A DNA stretch of 54,848 bases from Bigelowiella natans CCMP2755 (lineage: Eukaryota > Protista > Cercozoa): assembly GCA_000320545.1 (NCBI GenBank), contig ADNK01000410.1, forward strand, positions 1 to 54,848, read 5' to 3'. The notes below the pieces were generated by a model, which was not told where the DNA came from, made no database searches, and saw nothing but the letters and a program-made list of their open reading frames with translations. This document shows, in pieces, positions 10,413-23,190 of the stretch; the stretch's first letter is position 1, and each line of letters opens with the position of its first letter. Both the position numbers and the translations under genes were made by a program.

Positions 10413-13352
10413 ATGGCGAGCAAGGTCTTCTTCATAAATATTTTTGCGATTTCTACTGACTATTCTTTCCACAAATGCTCTCGCGGATTCCGGAAATAAG
10501 AGCTTTCGAGTTTCGATCGGTAGTATTTCGGTTCCTTGTATATCCCTTCACTAGCTAGCTCACATAGAATTCAAACACAAAACATCAGGCAGAGTGATGG
10601 TCAAAAGTTCGTGGACGATACACCCGAGGAACTACAAAGCACGTTCAATGAAATGCTGGAGAGATTTTCACAAGACGAAAAACTTGAAAAGGATACATGT
10701 GAAAAAAATAGTAGAGAACCTGAAGAGAAGTTGGATGCTGCGGTCGAGGATGATCCATTAGCACTCGATCAAGTACGTTTTTCTGTCATTACTGTAAATT
10801 TTGGGGCACATTCACGAATTATTCTCCTTATCTAATAGGACATTGGGGCCGATTTTATCTTACACGGTGACGAAAAAGATGGACAAAATGTTGATGGAGC
10901 ACCAAATACAACATCCGACCCTGAGAATGAATACGATGATGATCATGACGATGACGAGTGTGGTGACAGTAGAAACGATTTTTCTAAGTCTGACTCTACC
11001 AAAGAGGAATGTTCTAAAAAGAACACAGCTGCAAAAGTATCAAGCAAGCCTCAACGAAAACGCGCAAAATCGAATGTCAAAGTTAGGGCTACCAGAAAAC
11101 CAGCTGCAGCTGTAGACATTGAACGAGTGAGGAATGCGGAATCTAGTAATAGTGGGAAAGAAAACAGCATTAATGATCATACAGGGCATCATCGAGTGGG
11201 GAAGACAACGAATCAAAGCTCGAAAAAAAATCGGGACAAATCTAACAAGGAAACGAAAAGAGTTGCGAGACTACGGCATAAGAATACAACAAAAAGTGTG
11301 CGGCAGTCTTCTCTTGAGCCACTTGGATTTTCTAGGAGGGGACGTGCCATTAAGAGTCCAAAGAACTATTTCGACCGTGAAGTTGCATTACGAAAAAAGG
11401 CAGACCAAGAAAAAGACGCTGCCACGGTAGTTGGATATGTCACTACCGTACGATGAACACATTATTATGGTAGTTGCTGAACATGGGATTTGCAACTCTG
11501 CCATGACCCACTTCACATTATCCGACGTTTGTACGTTGTTGCGATTTGAATACATCAGAGTCCCCTGAAGAAGAAAAGGCTATTTTCGAAGAGACGTCAA
11601 AAGATATCTCAAAATGCTGCCAAAAAGCAAAAGATTAAGGACGACCCAAGAAAAGGAAAGAAGAAACGAAGAGTGGCGAATCATAGAAAGGGAAAGAATC
11701 AAAACAAGAAAGACGAACAAAATGTGCAGACAGTCGAGGAGGAGCGTCAGGTGAAAGAGGGCAGTGGCGGTTCACGTCGTTCTCTGCGTCGGAGTGCAGC
11801 TCGAGCGAGCACCCGCATCAAGCATCTCTCAAGTTCATCGCAACACAGAGCAAGGAAAAAGAAGAGGCCTGTAGTAGTGCATGATAGTAGTGGCGATGAG
11901 GCTACCCAAACGACAAATCAGATTCCTGAAGAGGATGAAAGTAACGAGGAAAACACGGCAAAAGAGCAGGATGAGAGCAAAAAGAAATCTGAAAACTCGA
12001 GAGAAAGTCCTCCTCCTGAGACTAAAGCGACTACCTCGAGTAGTAACAATAATTCATGGAGCGACCATCAAATTGGGCTGCTTATGGAAGCCCATGCTCA
12101 GAGTGCTCCTGGCTCAAGGTTTTGGAACCAAGTGGCGAAAAGGGTATATAATTAGTATTCCTAATACTAAATTCACTACTACTACTACTACGACGACGAA
12201 AAATACTATTGATTACGGGGACCCAAACGCTATATGTTATGGTTAGGTCAAGGGAAAGTCGGCCAAAGAGTGTGCCAGCAGATATAACGATATGTTTCCC
12301 ACCCCAAGGTAAGAAACAAAACGTCTCCAATCCCTCTAGTCGGCGAACAACTCAACTGATGATCATATATCCAGGATGAAGAAGAAAGCTATTCGTTCCC
12401 GCCGTTGTGAAGAGGTAAATCAGTATGCTTCTTATTATTACCAGAAAGCATAGCAGATATGAGCTCGTCATTATCATCAGGACCCTGAGAAAAAGGAGAA
12501 GTTGCTAGGGATTCTAGCGCTTCCAAAGGGACGAGCCCCAATCAAAAGAGTGAAAGGTTCGTTAAATACCTTTTGAAATACATAAGAAGATTTCTCTACC
12601 TTGGTCGTTGGATGTTGCGCCAATTCTGAAAAATTAAAGTTGAAACCAACTTTTACACAGCTTTCAGGAGCGTGCTGAGAATGGCAGATAAATCTCATGG
12701 AACAGATGATTATTTTCAGGTTGGCTTCTCTGCAACTCGTTTCATTCTAATCTTGAAAGACTCACATGTATTTGCTCGAAGGAACGGAAGACGCCTGGGC
12801 CATTCGGAAAATCAACACTGGATGTCCTTTCTCCTCCCGACGTGGTAGTTCTTCTATGCGGACTTTATTTATAGAAAATTATAAGATCAAAGACCCACTC
12901 TCCTTATTTTTTTAGGATAGCTCTATGGGGAACGATTCGGTTCACAACGATAGTCTTAGTCATGATGAATCTTCTCTGGCGGGTGGAAAAATTCGTTTCT
13001 GCTTAAATTCGTACGATACAGAGGAACATGAGAAGGCGGACTCTCATATACAAAAGTTGAGGAAAAGTATCCGATCCCAGAACTACAGGTTTTTTTGTTT
13101 CAATATCCACATAAATTAATACAGACTGAAGTGAAATCTAATAGGGACAGAAGGAAGAATGTTAAGCGGAGACGTACAAACGGACAAAAAAAAGAGGGCT
13201 CGAATCGATTAAAAGCAGTTTCAGGAGAATCGATCGTGACAAGTCTCCAGAGAAGACTTGGAGACAGTATCCTTCAAAATGAATCGCAACCATTAACAAA
13301 TGTACATGACGACGATGTCGATGACAGTGAGCTCTCAGAGTTTGAGACATAA
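10413..13352 (+). CDS. Mis18-binding protein 1 / KNL2-like centromere protein
   Basis: SANT/Myb domain WSDHQIGLLMEAHAQSAPGSRFWNQVAKR|VKGKSAKECASRY; CENP-C-like motif SRRGRAIKSPKNYF (11331-11379); C-terminal block IKRVKAFRSVLRMADKSHGTDDYFQ resembling the M18BP1 KRKQQMREFL...DDFF segment. Confidence 0.65.
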
Positions 13353-13439
13353 TTTCACATCGTGTCTGAGAATCACATCGCCATGCATCTGGCAACTGAA
13401 ATTTGTAACTTTTAATTTAAATGTAAATTCGTTACATAC

Positions 13440-13789
13440 TGTCTAGACTATCTGCGTGCGTGCATTACGATGTTCACTTAGCTTCAATAGAGTCTTGATG
13501 ACGCTCAAACTCTCCAGATGGCACAAATGAAAGTGGGGGGTTGTTGATCGCAGCATGGTTATTAGTATCTGGAGCCTCCCGACCTAGCCGACCCCGCAGC
13601 ACTAGTCTAGTAATCTGCATCCTGTATTACAATGCGGCTCACCACATAATAGTCTAGTAGTCTTAGTCTTTAGTGTTTGTGCTTTTCATCATCATTTCTT
13701 TATTTCTTTCATGCCCCGAGCGCTGTGCCTGTAGCCGCGCGCATACCCATACTATACTTATGATAGACATGCAATATGATATATATATG

Positions 13790-13825
<36 letters not shown>

Positions 13826-14120
13826 CCATATTGCTGTGTCTATTATACATTGCTCACACGAGTCCTCCGAGGGTGTGTAGCGCATCGCATGCATGTGCGT
13901 GTAGCGTAATCTCATTGCATGTCGATCCTCTCGCAGCTAGCAGTCCATGCGCACGTTTCAGCACATTCGCATGTTCTATTTTTTTGCGTACGTATCTGCG
14001 TTCCTGCATTGCAGGGCAGGACAAAGACTTATACTTCTCGTATATTCAGTCTGAGCAGTGCGCGTGTGTATCTAGAGACATCTCTATAGATGGCGCCGCA
14101 TATGAGCGGTTGCCATAACG
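13440..14120. other. Palindromic-word-rich spacer T2 between convergent genes
   Basis: ACTAGTCTAGT, GCATGCATG, GCTAGC and TCTAGA are dense; includes a (TA)n tract. Confidence 0.65.
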
Positions 14121-14187
14121 CAACCTCCCATCAGGGTATATATTGCGATGCTGATCCATAGATAAACACTTGGAACACTGCCTTCTG

Positions 14188-15659
14188 CTAATCTTCCTCT
14201 GCTAAATGTATCAAACCCTTGCCGCGCCAATCAAGCCTGCGCATGAGTCTTCTCTCTGCTGAAGCCATCTCCTCCCAATCTTCCTTGGATGTCTCATGGT
14301 CGTATCCGATCAGATGTAGCAATCCATGCACAAGCAAAATGCGAATCTGAAAATTGAGTTTCAGACTTCTGAAATGGTACATTTGCATTAGTTTAACCTC
14401 GTCTCGAAGTTCATGCGAATGGTCAAGAGCCTGTTTGTTGGCGGTGTCAATTGAGATTATGAGGTCTCCCAAAACGAAATTGTCATCCATCGGGAATGAA
14501 AGCACATCCGTGGGCTTATCGACATCTCTGTATTCCTGAGTTAAATTACTTATAAAATCAATTATTTTGCAACTAAACCGTATACGAATCAGAATTGAAT
14601 AGAAGGGCAAATCTGGATATTACCTTATTATACCGTTGGATGCTTGGGTCGTCACTGAGTGTGATTGACAGCTCAACGTCGTTCAAATCAGCAGCTTGCA
14701 AAAGAGAAGTCGCGTCGTTTTTCTGTTGAGAGGTTATGTTTATTGTGACATGCAAAAATGATGTACAAACATTTGAATAGGATGTCTGGTGAGACTCATG
14801 GGATGAAAACAACAATTTTGGAGTGTTGAAGGGATTTGTGGTAAGGACAAACCGTCTCGTCAACGAGTTTTTGAAGTTCTAAGTCGCCACGTTTCTGCTG
14901 GTCTATTCCCTCTGTTGAAACAAGCACTATAGCTCCTTCTGGCAACCCCTCAGCCTCCCTTTATATTTCAAAAGTAAAATGTGTACTGTAATTTAGAGCA
15001 TGTTTCAGATTACCCTTTTTCTAATTTTGGCTGGAAGAAATACCTGATAGAATTTATGAACTCTAAGGGAGTATTTCCCATCTCTGCTCCTTCCTAGGGT
15101 TATATTTAATGAACAACGTACTATTTCAGCATACCGTACCAGGCCTCAACTTATTTTTTTATTTCACATTTCTTTAAAATTGCTTGGAAGTTGTCTTCTA
15201 CTTACTGAAGACAATGAACCTGATAGTTTAATAGATTACCTCAACGATCTCATGTGGAATCCCCATGTCTTTAAGCTCTTCATTAAGCATTTGCATCCGT
15301 TTTTCTAAATCCTCGCCAAGATTATGATCCTCCTCGCCCGATTCTAATTCTTCATCCATCTCGTCACCCTCTTTCTGGTCTACTGCCTTTCCAGAGAACC
15401 GCCTTGAACGAAATGGAGATTTAACGATGATCTTGCTGTGATTAATTCATTAGTACCTTATTTTCCTGCCTACACAGTTTCTATGACTCATATTCTGGTC
15501 AGTCATCTTCCCCAAATTCGACCGATGGAATACCCTACCAAAGCTGGACAGCCTTCTTATCCCCATTAGTGATAGCGAGGGCTTAATTGACATCACTGGA
15601 ATACTCGACACCAAAGCACCGCCCAAGCAAAGTACAGAGCTAACGAAACTACGGGCCAT
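14188..15659 (-). CDS. ybeY: rRNA maturation endoribonuclease YbeY with N-terminal leader, probably organelle-targeted
   Basis: Hallmark motifs YNK|EYRDVDKPTDVLSFP, LGDLIIS and LLVHGLLHLIGYDHE (HxxxHxxxxxH). N-terminus MARSFVSSVLCLGGALVSS is followed by an S/R-rich segment. Confidence 0.9.
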
Positions 15660-16008
15660 TGCGAATTTCGGTGAAAGCCTCGACTAGATCGTGGAGGTTC
15701 GAGCTAATCTACTAGTGGTGGGGTCTCTGAAACATGCGACGGTCTGTGTTATGATTTGCACGGTTGCCCCATCCACGAAAGATGTAGGAAATGCAGGAGA
15801 TGTCGCTTGGAAGACAACATCATAGATTGTCGCAGGACTGATTTATCGCTGGCACGGCGACTGCCAAACGTCTTCCCGCCGTTTTGAGTATAACATCATT
15901 TTTCACCTGCGTCAACCTTTTCAGAGTGTCTTAGGTACGGATCATTGTACAATTCTTCGATTTAGGTTTTTTTTTTTTTCACAGAACCTAACGGAGTCCC
16001 ACAACACA

Positions 16009-17952
16009 ATGGAGTTTTACTTCCCATCGAAAAAGGATGGCTTGGAACTGCCCCAGGGTCCAAAATTTGTGGAGGGCTATCGTATTTATCATTCTCATTA
16101 TTCTACCTTTTTCTAAAAATAGATGATCGATTTGGGGTGCAAACCAAGACAAATGTTGAAAGAGTATCAGTGCCGAATGCTCGAAGAATGATACGTGATC
16201 TCATTGAAGACCTTGAGGAAGACTGTCTGCGCATTCGTGACCAAGGAACGTTTGATCTTCTTTACTCCTTTTCAAGGTTCCTAACCTAATATTCGGAGTT
16301 CAATGAAATGACATTTTAAGATATAATTGAAATCTCAGCTCATTCTCAAAGCTGGATCCAAAGATGAGGCCCGTGATTGTCCGATGTACGTAACAAGTAG
16401 ACACCATAGTTGATGTAAATTCTTCTAAAAACAACAATCTGCAGGCATGACATCAGGCCTGTCCTCGCTTGTAGGCCTGATTGCAAGCGATAGTAAGCGC
16501 CTGGTACGTGAACCCCACGGGAATCGGTTTATCATATTATTTAAATTTTATCTTTCTTCATCAAGGTTGAACCTGCAGGATGTGGCTGTAATGCTGTGAA
16601 GATGTTTGTATACCTATTGTGCACTATTGTAGAAGATGCAGAGGTAAAGTTGTGATGGTCAAAGAACGAATTGTACCTCAAGAGAACAATATCATTCAGG
16701 GCGTAGAAAAGGCTAAAAATATGCTGAGAGCATCTAAAAGGAAGAAGAAATCAAAGGTATGTCGGATGAAAATACTCATTCATGGTCGATCATATTACAT
16801 ATTGATGTTTTAGGATCCTAATCTGGATTGGAGTACACATGCTGAGCTGGTCGCAGCTGTATTTTCTGAGGTTTGCCAAACCCAATTCGCCTTGGAATGT
16901 CATCTTAATCCTAACATTATTAGATGTTGTCGGAGGGCAAGGTCTATCAGTTATGGAGAATGGCACAACCTGAGTCTGAGTTCGGAGAAATTCTCTACAA
17001 AACGGCATGTCTAATGGTACAACCTTGCTCTGCAGGATACTGGACAGTCCTAATTTCAATAATTATATGTTCAGCTCGAAAATCCACAGAACACTGGCCT
17101 GAAGAGCAGTACCCAACCCTCAATCTTTTCGGTGCTCACTTCGCTTGCAACACGCTCTTCTCAAATCAAGGATAGACTGGTTTGTATTTAGTACCGATTC
17201 CTGCACACAAGTCTTCATGTAAGCGATATGTTCAGGTGTCTGACCTTCTTCATATGGTTCATAACTTTGACTTCCTTGCCAAGCCATTGGCAGAACTTGT
17301 CAACGGAATTGCAAAAAAGCATGATGAAGGTACTACATGCTAACATTTTGAGGAATAAGGCCAATAATTACGTGTTTCTCCAGCCCTTGTAGGAAGCATT
17401 CTCAGAGAAATAGGGAGAACAGATGGAACTCTTCTCTCAAGGTAAAATCGAAAATGATATGTGTTGGCAAATAGACGTTGAATTTATCTGCTCAGACACA
17501 CTGCTTCCGCAAAAAACTTGGCAGCTTTTCTGGAACATTTAGCATCATTGCAGGTTCTGACTATATATATCAACATAGTAATCAAGGAAACTTACTCCTT
17601 ATTTCTTAGCCTGAGGCTGTTGCGAATGGATTGGCAATGATTGTGCCTCATTTGGATGGAGAGTCATATATCATGCGGAATGCTATTGTCTCTGTAGTAG
17701 CAACCCTTTTGAATTTCTTCAAAGAATCGGTAAGTTGCTGGACATCGTTACTTTTCCAGGACATCGTTTAGTTTGACTTCTATAGGTTCATCAAGAAAAT
17801 AACCAAGAAAACTTGGCTGGGAATGCGGGCCAGACTCCGAAGGTGAACAGTATGTCCCCAAGAAACAAAAAGGGAGGTCCTCGCGACGATAAGCGGCAAG
17901 CGACAACTGAGGCACTGATTCAGATCTTGAAAGAGAGGTTCACTACATATTT

Positions 17953-17998
<46 letters not shown>

Positions 17999-20900
17999 GT
18001 ACATATTTATGTGATCTATCTATAATTTTTTTGTCCTCAATTTTTGAAATATTTTAATTACAGAGTACATGATATCTCGTCGTACACTCGCAGTAAAGTG
18101 TTGCAGCTATGGGGGGTCCTTGTGGAAGCAAGAGCGCTTACAGACGCCCAATTTCTGATGTACATTAATTTAAACAAAACTTTGGAAATGTAGTAATAAT
18201 TAAATCCAACAGTGCTGCTGAAGTGGGTGTCGAGAGGTTAAAAGATAAGGCCGTGCAAGTCAGGAAAAGGGCTGTTTCTTTGATAACAGGTCGTTCAAGA
18301 TACTCTGTTGCAGTAGTGCAGTCGATTTCAATTCATATTTATCAGTGTTGCTGGAGTATAATCCCTTCTCACCAACCTTGGATCGTGAGGTGCTGAAAGA
18401 GAATCTAGAAAAGTTGAAGAGCAAACTTAGGGTGATAAAGTTTCATATTAATCTTCTATCGTAGCTAACAATTTTCCAAATTACGTAGTCAAAAATACTA
18501 TCTGCCGCACCTCTCGTTCGCTCTGGACAGACGTTGGAAGGTCAGGATATGGAAGATGCGAATGGGGCAGTAACATTCGAAGTTGACGAGGAAACTGCCA
18601 AGGAACTCCGAAGAGTCTCGATGGCAATTGAGTTCGTTGATAGAATAGCTGGTCCAGAAACTATAGAAGAAAGCAAAGACAACGCAAAAGAGTCTTGCAA
18701 GATGAACGAAGAAGACATCAAGGAAGACGCCGATAGTCATGAAGCTAGCTCCAATGCAAATGCTACCTCTGAGGGCAAAGATGGAAAGAAGGATACGAAA
18801 AATCTGAATGCGATTGGTTCAATGTGTAGCATGCTCCAATCCAAAACCTCCTCTGATGCGCTTGAAGCAATAAGATTCTTTCTAGTTGCGAACCAATTTA
18901 ATCTTCGAAGTGCTTCAGTAGGAATACAGCGTATGTTAAGATTAATTTGGTCGAGGGATGCAAACGTGAGGGATGGAGTTAAGGATGCCTGTTTTCAACT
19001 TTACTTGAAAGACTTGGAACAAGACCAAGATGTAGAGGATGAAGCCTTAAAAAAGCGTGCTATAATCGTTGCTGCCAATCTGATCCGCCTTGTTCAAAAG
19101 ATGTCTTTCGGGGATAACACCTGTCTTGGAGAAGTTCTGTACCGATTAGCCCTAGAAGATCGTGTCCCGTTAGTACTTGTCGAAGCCATTCGAACCATCA
19201 TCACATCACGTGGTGCAACAATGGGTACTGAGTTGCAACATGGGGCTATGCGATTGCTCGAAATGATTGGCACAGCCAAGCCGAAGTGGGTATTGTCCCA
19301 TTTGGCCCCAATTTCCCGAATGGCTTTTGGAGCAGATAAGGTGCCATTCCAGACTGGAATGCAGCTTAGACTTGCTCAGGCAGGAGCACAGCTGATAAGC
19401 GGAATCAGTAAAAACGGGGTGGAAACTGAAAATCGTCGAGTTCTTGAACGCGTTTTCCCACGATTCAAGGAATTGTTGACTACTGTCGCACCACGTGTTG
19501 AAAAGAATGTTACCCAAATGGAAGCTACAGCAGATGAATGGTTTCTTGCAAGTGAAGATGTAATAAAAGCGATCTTCTTAGTTCATCCGAAACCCATTGG
19601 TAAGGATAATCAAACGAATTATGTAGTACGATGCCTCATTGTGACAATGTTTTATACAGAGTTCAGCCAAGAAATACTGTACGAGATGGTCGCCAAAGTG
19701 CTTCCTTCAGATAAGAATGCATTTGACGAAAAATCTCTCAGCAATATGCAGCAAACATCTGAGGTGGAGTTCATTTTCTACGCTGTTTTCCTTGGATCAA
19801 GCTGACTGTACATCTATCTTAGGGGTTTTCCAGGATTTTCTTCCTGGCAGGCCATATTGTTGTGGAGGTACATGAAATTAAATAGATACACCTTGTCTTC
19901 TTAACGAACTGCATTTGATTAGATTCTTGTACATCTGGAGAATGTGGAAAGTATGATAAAGAAAAAGAGAAATGCGGTATATTGTCGATTACAAGCATTT
20001 CGACTTCAAATTTGTAATGGTTTAATGCGTTATTTAGATGCTCGAAAAGAAAAAAAAACGCACAAAAGATGAGAAGAGTTCTAAAGGTTGGTTGAGTTGG
20101 ATACTAGACGTTCCATATTTGTGACTCATCTTTTTCCTTAGGCAACATTGAAGAAGATCTTGCTGTTGGTGCATCGCGAGACTACGAACTGGAGTTGGCA
20201 AGGGAGTCTGTAGAAAAGGTGGATTGCGTAGTGTTCTATTTTCACAAATGGTATTGTGTAAAAGAAATTTGAATCTACAGAATTTGGTATCTCCTGGCTC
20301 TCTTTTTGCAAGTTTGCTGAAACCATTGTTACACGTTTGCCGAAATTCCAAGTCGTTTGCAGGTAAATTTCGTTTCTCATGTTCGCCTAATCTACATGTG
20401 ACTAAGTGATGATGCATCAGGGCACCCACGGTTAATGACAAACGCAGTTATGTGTTTGTGCAAGATGATGTACGTTTCTGTGGAGTTTTGTGACGGTAGA
20501 GCCTATCATCGTTTGGTCTATTGCTACAGTTTCAGGACCTTATTGTATTGCAGAACATCTTCAACTCTTATTTACGCTTCTGGAACAAAGTCCACATGTC
20601 CAGGTAGGGTGTCCACATCAACCCACATTTTCATAATTTACAAATACAATGGTAAATTTTTGCAGGTTCGGGCAAATTTGTCTGTGGCGCTGGGTAATGG
20701 TACAATTTTTTGGTTATTGTCTAAAATCTGATGTTAGAGGTACAGGTGATCTAGCGTTACGGTTTCCCAACCTAATCGAGCCATGGTATGAATTTCAGAT
20801 CGTGTACAGTTTTCTATTCTTCACACGTATTAAAATGCAGGTCTCATCGTTTCTTTGAACGATTGAACGATAGCTCTCCCAAAGTGCGTAAGAACACGCT

Positions 20901-22066
20901 GATGGTACTAATGCACCTTATCCTCAACGATATGGTCAAGGTAGCTACAAATAAGTTTTTTTTATTGGGATAAAACTTAATTGAACTTCAATACCAGATC
21001 AAAGGTCCTATTACGGAAATATCAAAGAGAATTTACGATGAGGTTTCACTTTTGTATATCTGTTTTGTGTAAGTGCTTCTACCACTCGACGTAATGTTTT
21101 TGCTTCCTAGGATCTCCGTATTTCTGAATTGGTCCGAATTCTCTTCCACGAGCTCTCCCAGAAGGTATCCATATTTCATTTATATGAACTGGCAAAAACA
21201 TATGTGCACAATTTGATAGGGGAAGAGTCCAATCTACAATTTGTTACCCGACACTCTCTCAAAGTTAAGTCTTGAGAGATCTAAAGGGACGATGTCGAAA
21301 GATCATTTTCGCGGGATCATTGGATTTCTTCTCGGGTAGTAGAATGTATCTAGGTAATTGTTTATATATTCTGATTACATGTTTTCTACGCGAAGCTTCA
21401 TTACAAAGGAAAAGCACACGGAGTCTTTGGTGGAAAAATTGTGTCACAGGTTTGAGTGTTCATCTCTTCATTCGTTCAAATATGATTGTTTGGCAATCTG
21501 TATATGTCAGATTTAAGACTGCAGAAGAGGAATTCCAATATAGAGATCTGGCATATTGTCTCTCCCAGGCATTGCATAATATAGATTTCATCGTACCTTT
21601 CATTTTGTCTGACTCACACCCCCGGTTTTAAAAATGTGTAGATTCATTTCTCTGAAAAGCCTGTGAGAAAGTTGTTGGATATGTATCCGGTATATAAAGA
21701 AAAGCTGCGGGATTCGCAGGTATTTGTGACATGACCATGAGGTTGATTAGGAAAATAAAATAAATGTTTTACTTGATGGATAAGGTATTCCGTTATTTTT
21801 CGGAGATTGAGAAAAAGTCGCGAAAGTTTGCAAAGGCGGAAACGAAGAATTTGTTGGATGAGTTGGCAGCAAGGTTGAATCGTAAGGAAGACGATGATGG
21901 GGATGTCAAGGTACTGAGATAATTGTGAAAAGGCAGATCATACGATTTTGGCAAGATGTCTATAATTAGCCATATGTTTAACTTTTAGCAAAGTTCGCCT
22001 ATGTCGGGGAAGAAAGAACAGCGGGAAAGGCCGCGTCGTAACATCTTGAAGGCTTCTGAAGAGTAG
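16009..22066 (+). CDS. NCAPD2: Condensin I HEAT subunit CAP-D2 (Cnd1/Ycs4), about 36 introns
   Basis: Spliced motifs LDGESYIMRNA, RVHDISSYTRSKVLQLW, RLKDKAVQVRKRA, LLEYNPF, GDLALRFPNLIEPW, VRKNTLMVLMHLILNDMVK, IYNLLPD and ESLVEKLCHRF...RDLAYCLSQ. Confidence 0.95.
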
Positions 22067-22089
22067 ATTAGAAAAATTGGACACCTATT

Positions 22090-22960
22090 TGCTGCGCACG
22101 TCTAGACGTGCTTACCCAGAGGCAGCAACATAGCCACCCGTGTATACTTAATTACATTCGTTTCGCAATATAGACGGGCGGATGGAATTGTTTTTGGTCT
22201 AGCAGTGTTTGAATTACGATTGAGAGCGCGTGACAGCTTCGCACACATGCAACTGCTTGCAATGCGTGCTAGCGTGGTTAGCGCTGCATGTGTCATTTTG
22301 TTAGCAAGTTAGCTAGCAGTGCCATCTCCATAGATCTAGCCACCATGCCATGCCTGCTAGCCACTAGCCACGCCAAGATGGGTTGCGCACGAACTAGCTA
22401 GCGACGACGCATGCACACATTCACAGCGCTAGCTAGCTAGACTGGCCACGCTCCACATGAAGCTTGCAGATGGATGAGAGACATTGCCATCTCAATCGCA
22501 GAGTGCTAGGAAATTGAAAACTGGGGTGAGGTCCATGAGCTAGATGAGCTGCTGCAATCCTAGCTAGCTAGCTAGCTAGCTAGCATCGCGCACACGACAT
22601 CTCTCATCAGATCTGCATGCTAGCTAGCTCCATGGCTAGACCAGTGCGCACACATGGCTGCACAGCAACATGATGTGTGATGTGCCAGACATGCGAGTGT
22701 TCGATTCATGCATGCTAGCTGGCATGCGCCTGCTGTGGTGTTGTGGCCACAGACAAGCGAGCGCACGTGCGAACAAGCACGTGGCAGGTTCATGCCAGCA
22801 TGCATTCGATTCGCCGTTGGTGGCTAGCCAGACGGGCAATGTGCAAGGGGCGATTTGCGCTGCAGCGCATCAGCAAGAAAACATGCACTAACAGCTGGGA
22901 GCTGGGGCGAGCTAGCGGGTTCATGCATGCGAGGCTGAATCGAACAGCTGAACTGCACCT
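22090..22960. other. Palindromic-word-rich spacer T3 downstream of CAP-D2, at the only tandem junction
   Basis: Very dense GCTAGC/GCATGC/CATG, including (TAGC)6 at about 22561-22584. Confidence 0.8.
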
Positions 22961-23190
22961 GAAAATGTCAAATGTTGACGAACGTAATTTCGCCTTCATT
23001 AGTTGGTAAAAAATGCATACTAACTTCTTCCTAACTAAGAAAAATATTGTCGCAACATGTTGTCCTCCAGAGAAACTATCCACCACGCATTGTTGCTAAT
23101 TGTGATGAGTTGTAGTGGTCAAGATGGAGCATTAAAATTGACTAACTTACTAGGAAGCGAGGACGGACAATCGGTCGAATAACCTCGAAC

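Noticed and set aside
10413-22066. Functional cluster of chromosome-segregation genes (KNL2-like and CAP-D2)
   Set aside because: Only two genes, separated by YbeY and in different divergent pairs; consistent with chance.
22620-23086. Several 60-98 aa Cys/Ala/His-rich ORFs in spacer T3, and similar ones in T1, T2 and T8
   Set aside because: They are by-products of CATG/TGCA-rich composition, overlap on both strands and show no recognisable motifs.
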